A DNA stretch of 18,088 nucleotides from Nitrosopumilaceae archaeon (GTDB taxonomy: Archaea > Thermoproteota > Nitrososphaeria > Nitrososphaerales > Nitrosopumilaceae). The notes beneath the pieces were generated by a model. It made no database searches and was not told where the DNA came from. It worked only from the letters and a program-made list of their open reading frames with translations. Below are positions 1 to 6,715 of the stretch, piece after piece. The translations under genes were made by a program, and so were the position numbers. Numbering within the stretch: position 1 is the first letter of the stretch; every line of letters starts with the position of its first letter. Location of the stretch: contig JBQTHX010000036.1 of the NCBI GenBank assembly GCA_052389415.1, positions 1 to 18,088 on the forward strand, in the 5' to 3' direction.

Positions 1-1058
1 TAATCTGATTTTCTTCCAACAACTCTTAGACTTCCTTTGAACATCTTCAGCTTTACAGTTCCGTTTACTCTCTTTTGTGAGGTATTGATAAACATATCTA
101 AATCAGATCTTAATGGATCCTGCCATAGTCCAGAATAGGCCAGCCAAGCCCATTCCGCATCAACCATTGATTTGAATTTGAGCTCGTGTTTTGTAAGGAC
201 CATCTTTTCAAGGTCTGTATGTGCCTCAATTAGGCATGAGGCCGCAGGTGTTTCGTAAACTTCACGTGATTTTATGCCTACTACCCTGTCTTCTATATGA
301 TCTACAATTCCAATGCCACAAGATCCTGCCTTTTTGTTAATGTATTCGATAAGTTCTATTGGTTTTAGATTTTTTCCATCAACAGAAACTGGAAGTCCAT
401 TTTTGAATTTTATTTCCAAGTATTGCGGTTTGTCGGGTAAGTTCTTGGTTTTTACCCAGATGAATGCATCGTCTGGTGGTTCATTGTAAGCATTTTCCAA
501 GACTCCTCCTTCTATTGCACGCCCCCACAAATTCTGATCTATGCTAAATTTTTTTGCGGCAGTATCAATTTGTATTCCATGTTTTTTTGCAAACTTTAAT
601 TCTACATCACGTGTAAGATTAAGATCGCGAATGGGTGCAATGATAGGAAGTGTAGAACCTGACCGCAAAGTAACATCGAATCGTACTTGATCATTTCCTT
701 TGCCAGTACAACCATGTGCAAGTGCCTTTGCATTTTCTTTTTTAGCAATATCTACTACTTTTTGTGCAATCAATGGTCTTGCTAGTGCTGTTGCAAGACA
801 ATATTTTTTTTGATAAAGGGCATTTGCTTTGATTGATGGAAAAATAAAATCATGAACAAATTCTTCACGTGCATCTAGATTGTAATGTTTGATAACTCCT
901 AGCTTCTTTGCTTTTGCAGCAATCTTTTTTTGACCATCACCTTGTCCAACATCAACTGTAACAGTTACAACATCCAAGTTGTGTTCTTTTTGTAAGTACT
1001 TTACAACTACAGAAGTGTCTAATCCACCAGAGAAAGCTAACACTGCCTTTCCTTTCAT
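1..1058 (-). CDS. argG: Argininosuccinate synthase (partial; 3' end runs off the left edge)
   Basis: Translated by hand from ATG at 1058: MKGKAVLAFSGGLDTSVVVKYLQKEHNLDVVTVTVDVGQ... The AFSGGLDTS PP-loop, LATALARP, AHGCTGKGNDQVRF, SIDQNLWGRAIEGG and IEDRVVGIKSREVYETPAA motifs are diagnostic. Absent from the ORF track because it has no stop in the window. Confidence 0.97.
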   Translation of the reverse strand, partial: MKGKAVLAFSGGLDTSVVVKYLQKEHNLDVVTVTVDVGQGDGQKKIAAKAKKLGVIKHYNLDAREEFVHDFIFPSIKANALYQKKYCLATALARPLIAQKVVDIAKKENAKALAHGCTGKGNDQVRFDVTLRSGSTLPIIAPIRDLNLTRDVELKFAKKHGIQIDTAAKKFSIDQNLWGRAIEGGVLENAYNEPPDDAFIWVKTKNLPDKPQYLEIKFKNGLPVSVDGKNLKPIELIEYINKKAGSCGIGIVDHIEDRVVGIKSREVYETPAASCLIEAHTDLEKMVLTKHELKFKSMVDAEWAWLAYSGLWQDPLRSDLDMFINTSQKRVNGTVKLKMFKGSLRVVGRKSD

Positions 1059-1085
1059 TTAGGTTCTCTGTGATTTTATTTTCGC

Positions 1086-1096
1086 ATTTATCTTTT
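1086..1096 (-). promoter_or_regulatory. Putative BRE/TATA of argG
   Basis: Minus strand AAAAGATAAAT about 28-38 nt upstream of the argG ATG; position fits an archaeal promoter with a short or no leader. Confidence 0.4.
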
Positions 1097-1185
1097 GTGT
1101 TCATTGTATTTCTTTTACATGATCTTGAAAAATTAAAAATCCAACTCTCAAAAACACAAAGTAGCTTGAGCTAAAATTCGATCAC

Positions 1186-1216
1186 TATTTATCCGCAATA
1201 TTATAACAGCGTTATA
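1186..1216 (+). promoter_or_regulatory. Putative TATA box plus dyad operator of the ABC transporter operon
   Basis: TATTTAT at 1186-1192 (-30 to -24 from ATG 1216), followed by the perfect dyad TATAAC-AGC-GTTATA (1202-1216) whose last base is the A of the ATG. Confidence 0.5.
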
Positions 1217-2238
1217 TGAAAATCACAGTTGCCGTGATAGTTGTAGCAGTAGCTATATCTATTGCCATATTTGCACTTGGCATTCAATCAGTAGGTCAAG
1301 AAGAAAACGTGGTTAGAGTTGCTTTTTTCCCAAGTATCGGACATTCAATTGCTGTTGTAGGAATGGAAAAAGAAATTTTTTCAGAAAAACTTGGTAATCA
1401 AACAACTATAAAGACACGACTTTTTGATTCTGGCCCCCAAGTAATAGAAGCCCTGTTTGCAAATGAAATTGATCTTGCATATGTGGGACCAGGTCCTGCA
1501 ATCAACGGATTTCTAAAATCTGATGGTGAATCTCTAAGGATATTAGCTGGTGCAGCAAGCGGTGGCGTAAGTCTTGTTGTAAATCCTCATTCAGATATAA
1601 AATCATCCGCTGATTTTTCAGGCAAAAGAATTGCAGCTCCACAAATAGGAAACACACAGGATGTTTCGTTAAGAAGTTTCCTTTATCAAAACAATCTAAA
1701 GCCAGTTGAAAAAGGTGGAACTGTATATGTTATCAATGTACCAAACCCTGATATTTTTACACTTTTTTCAAAAGGTGATCTTGATGCTGCATGGGTTCCA
1801 GAACCTTGGGCAACTAGACTCGTGCAACAGCTTGATGGAATAAGACTATTCCAAGAAAAAGATCTATGGCCTGATCAGAAATTTTCATCTGCAGTATTGA
1901 TTGTAAGATCTGAATTTTTCGAAAAAAACCCTGATGTTACACAACGATGGTTGGAAGCTCATGTAGAAACATCTAATTGGATAAACGAACATCGTAATGA
2001 AACTGAAATTATTTTTAATAATTTTCTAAAGAAAGAAACAGGAAAAACCCTCGATCCAAAAATTCTTCATGAGGCATTCTCAAATTTACAAATAACATCA
2101 GATCCAATAGAATCATCTGTTTATGTATTTGCTGAGAGGGCCAACACACTAGGTTATTTTGGAAGGGAAGATTATTCTTTGGAAGGAATATTTCACACAG
2201 AACAGCTAAATTCTATAAAAACGGGGATAATATCATAA
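1216..2238 (+). CDS. ssuA: NitT/TauT-family (SsuA-like) ABC transporter substrate-binding protein
   Basis: N-terminal hydrophobic anchor; motifs FDSGPQVIEALFANEIDLAYVGPGPAIN, GKRIAAPQIGNTQDV and DAAWVPEPWA; first gene of a binding protein-ATPase-permease operon. Substrate not proven. Confidence 0.85.
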   Translation: MKITVAVIVVAVAISIAIFALGIQSVGQEENVVRVAFFPSIGHSIAVVGMEKEIFSEKLGNQTTIKTRLFDSGPQVIEALFANEIDLAYVGPGPAINGFLKSDGESLRILAGAASGGVSLVVNPHSDIKSSADFSGKRIAAPQIGNTQDVSLRSFLYQNNLKPVEKGGTVYVINVPNPDIFTLFSKGDLDAAWVPEPWATRLVQQLDGIRLFQEKDLWPDQKFSSAVLIVRSEFFEKNPDVTQRWLEAHVETSNWINEHRNETEIIFNNFLKKETGKTLDPKILHEAFSNLQITSDPIESSVYVFAERANTLGYFGREDYSLEGIFHTEQLNSIKTGIIS

Positions 2239-2239
2239 C

Positions 2240-3019
2240 ATGACAAAACTAGAAGCAAGAAATATTGTAAAACATTTTGATCATAATGGAAACAATGTTC
2301 TCGCATTAGATGGAATAAATCTCAAAGTAAATGAAGGAGACTTTGTATGTATAGTCGGACCCTCTGGGTGTGGTAAATCTACATTTTTGAATATTATAGC
2401 TGGTCTAGAAAAACCAGATTCAGGAGATATTTTACTTAACGGTAACACAATAACCACACCAGGCCCTGACAGGACTATGGTTTTTCAGGAGGGTGCTCTA
2501 TTTCCTTGGCTCAAAGTAATTGATAACGTGGAGTTTGGACTAAAGATGGCAGGAATTCCAAAAGATGAACGTGCACAAATATCGCAAAGATACCTAGACA
2601 TGATGCAACTAACCAAGTTTGCAAATTCCTTTACCTATCAGCTCTCTACTGGCATGAAGCAAAGAGTTGCAATTGCACGCGCACTTGTAATGGATCCAGA
2701 AATACTTTTGATGGATGAGCCATTTGCTGCTTTAGATGCACAAACTAGAGATCTCTTATTGGTTGAATTGCAGTTAATCTGGGAAAGAACAAAGAAAACT
2801 ATACTCTTTGTTACACACAGCATTGCAGAATCTGTAATACTTGGAAATCGTGTAGTTGTGTTTAAAAACAGACCAGCAAAGATAAAGAAGGAATTTGTAG
2901 TGGACTATAGAAGGCCAAGATTGGCAGAGGATCAGAATTTAGTGAAATACCAGCAAGACATTCTTTCAGAGTTAAGAACTGAAGTAAAAGCTCAGATCAA
3001 AGGGGAGTTTGAGGAATGA
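2240..3019 (+). CDS. ssuB: NitT/TauT-family ABC transporter ATP-binding protein (SsuB-like)
   Basis: Walker A GPSGCGKST, Q-loop VFQE, signature variant LSTGMKQR, Walker B/D-loop LLMDEPFAALD, H-switch VTHS. Starts 1 nt after the previous stop. Confidence 0.92.
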   Translation: MTKLEARNIVKHFDHNGNNVLALDGINLKVNEGDFVCIVGPSGCGKSTFLNIIAGLEKPDSGDILLNGNTITTPGPDRTMVFQEGALFPWLKVIDNVEFGLKMAGIPKDERAQISQRYLDMMQLTKFANSFTYQLSTGMKQRVAIARALVMDPEILLMDEPFAALDAQTRDLLLVELQLIWERTKKTILFVTHSIAESVILGNRVVVFKNRPAKIKKEFVVDYRRPRLAEDQNLVKYQQDILSELRTEVKAQIKGEFEE

Positions 3020-3774
3020 AAGGAAAGATAACTGCAAAAAGGATTGCATTCTACATTGGAATAATCGTAGTTTGGCAAATTGTCTTCTCATTGAACGTAT
3101 GGTCTCATAACATATTTCCATCGCCTTTTCAAGTTGCAGAAGATCTAGCATATGGAGCAGCTGACGGAAGCTTGTTTCTTGGAATAGCAACTAGTTTGTG
3201 GAGATTAACTGCAGGACTAGCAGCTTCCATAGCTTTTGGTATGATACTTGGGATTTTCATGGCTAGAAAGGAGTCTGTAAACCAAACTGTTGGGTCTCTT
3301 GTTCTTGGGTTACAATCAATCCCGTCAGTTGCATGGGTTCCAATGGCATTTTTGTGGTTTGGACTAAGCGACGCTGGAATAATTTTTGTTACTATAGCAA
3401 GCTCAATGTTTGCAGTGACCATTAATACCTATTCTGGAATGAAAAATGTTCCAACTTCATACATCGCAGCTGCAAGAAATATGGGTGCAAGTGGTATACA
3501 GTTAATCACAAACGTTATGCTCCCTGCCGCCTTTCCATATCTGATCTCTGGTTTTAAGCAGGGCTGGGCGTTTGCATGGCGTGGTGTGATAGGAGCAGAA
3601 ATAATCTTTTCATTTCTAGGACTAGGATTCTTACTAAATGTTGGACGAGAATTAAATGACATCTCACAAGTAATTGCCATAATGCTTGTAATAATGATAA
3701 TCGGAATTCTAATAGATGGATTAGTTTTCAAAAAGATTGAAAGAAAAGTAATGTCTAGATGGGGTTTGGCGTGA
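3016..3774 (+). CDS. ssuC: NitT/TauT-family ABC transporter permease (SsuC-like)
   Basis: About 6 hydrophobic segments; FPSP, QSIPSVAWVP, EAA-like loop IAAARNMGAS, WRGVIGAE and GLGFLL motifs. ATGA overlap with the ATPase stop. Confidence 0.92.
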   Translation: MKGKITAKRIAFYIGIIVVWQIVFSLNVWSHNIFPSPFQVAEDLAYGAADGSLFLGIATSLWRLTAGLAASIAFGMILGIFMARKESVNQTVGSLVLGLQSIPSVAWVPMAFLWFGLSDAGIIFVTIASSMFAVTINTYSGMKNVPTSYIAAARNMGASGIQLITNVMLPAAFPYLISGFKQGWAFAWRGVIGAEIIFSFLGLGFLLNVGRELNDISQVIAIMLVIMIIGILIDGLVFKKIERKVMSRWGLA

Positions 3775-3789
3775 CAAAAGTTCTTCACA

Positions 3790-4854
3790 TCACCGTTCAA
3801 GACTAATGCTCTTTTTTCTTTTTACAATAATTCCGGCTATAATGGCAGCAACTGGGATGATTATCAGTAGATAATAAATATCAAAACCGCTTTCTGAGTT
3901 TTTCTCGCTGACAAATCCAGATATATCTATCTGCCCACTAGATCGTGGTTCCAAGTCAAAAACGACATGCCATGTGTCTTGTTCATCCCTACTTTGAGTT
4001 GACTCTATTTTCTCGCCATCTCTATACACGACAAATTCTTGAGACTTTGAATCCATCGGGAATTCAATATTTGCAAAAGATTTCATTGGCCAAGGATTCC
4101 TTGCAAAGAACATCATTGTATCCTTTTCATCATCATACTTTATCTCAGTCAAGTATCCCTCCGTCTTGTATCTGAAATCAAATCTCTCTCCATCTTTTAG
4201 AACAAAAGTTGGTATTACCATATCATCACCAATCACAAAACAGCTGTAATAACTTACTTGCGTTGCAAACAATGGATCAGGATATATTGAAAATGCTCTT
4301 TTCTCGCCTGGTTCCAATCTGTCAATGTTTTCAATACTTTTTCCAACATCAATGAATGCATTTTCTTTTCCATGTACCAGTGCATAGACTTTTACTCCGT
4401 ATGCGGTCGTGTTTCCATTATTTACAATAAAACCAGAAGTGTGTCCATCCTTATGCTTAACAAGAGTACTGCCATACTCTACTTCAATTGCAGTATAATC
4501 ATGTGGACCAGGAACAAAGGAAATTTGTGGTTTTTCAAGAATTGGATTTTTGCTTGAGATTTGATCAAATTTAATCTTAAATGGTATGTCTTTTGATGGA
4601 TTTGCTATAGGCAAAGTAAATGATCCTGAAATCGTTTTCTCTTCATCTTGAATCCGTATTATTATCGTAGGAATTATGGGATACTTTTCTGAGTTTTTTA
4701 CTGCTCCTATTACTGTGTAAATTCCATCTTTGTCAAAATACGAATCAAATTCATTGTCAGGAATCCAAACTTCCGCGTTTACTGATTGAACTGAAAATGC
4801 AATTATCAATCCAACCAGAACTAGTATGAACATGTGAAATCTCATAAATTGCAT
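3790..4854 (-). CDS. Secreted, C-terminally membrane-anchored hypothetical protein (beta-rich, Ig-like/FxLYD-like repeats)
   Basis: Signal peptide ending SVNA|E; two similar beta-rich modules (TVIGAVKN...PFKI; TSGFIVNNGN...AFSIYP); C-terminal TM helix YLLIIIPVAAIIAGIIV plus KRKK. Start may be ATG 4854, 4845 or 4833. Confidence 0.8.
   Translation of the reverse strand: MQFMRFHMFILVLVGLIIAFSVQSVNAEVWIPDNEFDSYFDKDGIYTVIGAVKNSEKYPIIPTIIIRIQDEEKTISGSFTLPIANPSKDIPFKIKFDQISSKNPILEKPQISFVPGPHDYTAIEVEYGSTLVKHKDGHTSGFIVNNGNTTAYGVKVYALVHGKENAFIDVGKSIENIDRLEPGEKRAFSIYPDPLFATQVSYYSCFVIGDDMVIPTFVLKDGERFDFRYKTEGYLTEIKYDDEKDTMMFFARNPWPMKSFANIEFPMDSKSQEFVVYRDGEKIESTQSRDEQDTWHVVFDLEPRSSGQIDISGFVSEKNSESGFDIYYLLIIIPVAAIIAGIIVKRKKSISLER
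3812..3823 (+). terminator. Putative oligo-T terminator of the ABC operon
   Basis: TTTTTTCTTTTT 38 nt after the permease stop, embedded in the Lys/Arg codons of the convergent gene. Confidence 0.4.
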
Positions 4855-4876
4855 TGTTAGAGATATTTGCAGAATT

Positions 4877-5632
4877 TTAATGTAATTTCTTTAGGACGCT
4901 TAATGCTGCTTTGAAGTCATTTGGAGAGCTTATCAGAACACTTCCTGCAATTCTATGAGCTTTTTTAATAAAATCAGCAGCATCATTTCTATAAGATGAC
5001 CAATCTAAATTCAACATCTTTGCAGAATTAGAATTTCTATCAGTTGGAAGCAATATGCATGGGATTATTCTAAATCCCTGGGGTTTTAATTTGTCCACTA
5101 TTCTTGTCAGGTGGTCTAGGGAGCTAATTACTTGCGTCACAAATCCTTTTGGCTGGGCCTCTATTTTTTTATGGATTTTATTAAAATCTGGATTTTCTGA
5201 AATAGAAAGAAAGAAATCTATTTTTTTTCCAAATCCCTGTTGGTTGAATTGTTTGACGACATCACTTGGAATTAATTTAGAATCCTGCGGTCCCGTAGGC
5301 GGAGCATCTCCCTTTAGAATTAAAACGCCATTCAGATCTAATAAAATTGCATCACAAACAGATTGTGTCAACGATGTAAGATTTCTATCTCGTACACGTA
5401 TACTTGAAGTGATCTCTATCTTTGTGTTAGAGCGACGAATAAAAGCACCAGTTGTCATAGGCGAGATTCGTGGTATTCCAAGAACAGAATCTGTGATGTG
5501 AATCCCATCACAATATTTGCTTAAAGTAAATGATCGTTCCATTAGTCTATTTACTGAATCTTGGAGCTGTTTATGAGAAAGTATCGTATCTTGAATTACC
5601 TTTGGAGGATTGAGTTCATAAGTTATTGTCAT
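4877..5632 (-). CDS. metF: Methylenetetrahydrofolate reductase-like flavoprotein (short archaeal MetF family)
   Basis: MTHFR-type motifs YELNPPK, HITDS, RVRDRN, LILKGD and FVTQ; divergent from methionine synthase genes. Confidence 0.8.
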   Translation of the reverse strand: MTITYELNPPKVIQDTILSHKQLQDSVNRLMERSFTLSKYCDGIHITDSVLGIPRISPMTTGAFIRRSNTKIEITSSIRVRDRNLTSLTQSVCDAILLDLNGVLILKGDAPPTGPQDSKLIPSDVVKQFNQQGFGKKIDFFLSISENPDFNKIHKKIEAQPKGFVTQVISSLDHLTRIVDKLKPQGFRIIPCILLPTDRNSNSAKMLNLDWSSYRNDAADFIKKAHRIAGSVLISSPNDFKAALSVLKKLH

Positions 5633-5666
5633 AAGAGAATCTCTTAGTTACCTGATTATAACTTTT
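5632..5666 (-). promoter_or_regulatory. BRE/TATA and dyad operator of metF
   Basis: Minus strand AAAAG-TTATAA (TATA 5661-5656, -29 to -24), then the perfect dyad TAAGAGA-T-TCTCTTA (5646-5632) ending on the A of the ATG. Confidence 0.55.
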
Positions 5667-5733
5667 GAATTATTCATTAAAGAAACGTCTCAATAAAAGG
5701 AATTAAATTGATAAAAAACACTTTGAAAATATC

Positions 5734-6678
5734 TTGGAAAAGAAAGAGTCATTCCTTGAAGCCTTAAGAAATAGAATATTGCTTTTTGATGGAGCCATGG
5801 GCACTGAAATCCAAAAACTAAATCCAAAATCGGAGGACTTTCCTGACGGAAAAGATGGATTCAATGATGGTCTAACTTTTACCAAGCCAGAATGGATAAG
5901 AAAGATTCACCAGAACTATTTAGAATCAGGTGCAGACTGCATAGAGACAAACTCGTTTGGCTCAAACAAACTAAAGTTAGATGAGTATGGTTATGGTGAT
6001 AAAACTGTAGAATTTAACAAAAAAATTGCAGAACTTGCAGTAGAAGTTGCCAAGAAATTCACTGACAAGCCAAGGTATGTTATCGGTTCTATGGGGCCAA
6101 CTGGATTTCTGCCAAGCTCAAATGATCCCTCGTTAGGACAAAAACCATTGAAAGAGATTAGAGAGGCTTTTGAGCTCCAGGCTGAAGGCTTGATACTTGG
6201 TGGAATTGACGCATTATTGATTGAAACAAGCCAAGATATCCTTGAAGTTAAACTTGCCATAGAAGGGTCTCATCTTGCTATGAAAAAGATAGGAAAAAGA
6301 GTCCCTATAATCGCAAACGTTACACTTGATCAATATGGAAAGATGTTGCTTGGCACAAATGTACAAGCTGCATTTACTACCATCTCTGGAATGGGGATTG
6401 ATGTTTTTGGGTTGAACTGCTCTACAGGCCCCGTAGAAATGACTTCAAGTGTAAGATGGCTTGATGAACAAAGTAGAATTCCTTTACTAGTTGTTCCAAA
6501 CGCTGGGATGCCAGAAAATGAGGGGGGCAGAGCTGTGTATAAAATGACTCCTGATGATATGGCAAAAACACTTGGAAATTTCATTAATGAATTCAATCAA
6601 GTAAGGATTGTTGGTGGATGTTGCGGAACAAACCCTGCACATATCTTGGCTCTTCGTAAAGTCATAGATCAAAAATAG
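5734..6678 (+). CDS. metH: Cobalamin-dependent methionine synthase, homocysteine-binding module (split gene, part 1)
   Basis: FDGAMGT, ETNSFG, GSMGPTG, IETSQD, Zn ligands GLNCSTGP and GGCCGTNPAHI, PNAGMP; TTG start. Confidence 0.95.
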   Translation: MEKKESFLEALRNRILLFDGAMGTEIQKLNPKSEDFPDGKDGFNDGLTFTKPEWIRKIHQNYLESGADCIETNSFGSNKLKLDEYGYGDKTVEFNKKIAELAVEVAKKFTDKPRYVIGSMGPTGFLPSSNDPSLGQKPLKEIREAFELQAEGLILGGIDALLIETSQDILEVKLAIEGSHLAMKKIGKRVPIIANVTLDQYGKMLLGTNVQAAFTTISGMGIDVFGLNCSTGPVEMTSSVRWLDEQSRIPLLVVPNAGMPENEGGRAVYKMTPDDMAKTLGNFINEFNQVRIVGGCCGTNPAHILALRKVIDQK

Positions 6679-6715
6679 ATTAAGGCCTACGTATTTAGAA
6701 AAAATAGTTACAAGT

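Noticed and set aside
1094-1172. TTTGTGTT/AACACAAA inverted pair about 50 nt apart and AGCT-TG-AGCT in the argG-ABC intergenic region.
   Set aside because: Short, low-complexity and widely spaced; no stable structure or small RNA can be supported.
6668-6715. The metH part-2 frame is open back to 6668, overlapping CAA AAA TAG at the end of part 1, so a +1 frameshift (or a homopolymer sequencing error) could give a fused MetH.
   Set aside because: Only 16 open codons, which is easily chance; no stimulatory structure seen; part 2 has its own ATG and the split form is what I recall for this lineage. Read inspection or junction peptides would settle it.
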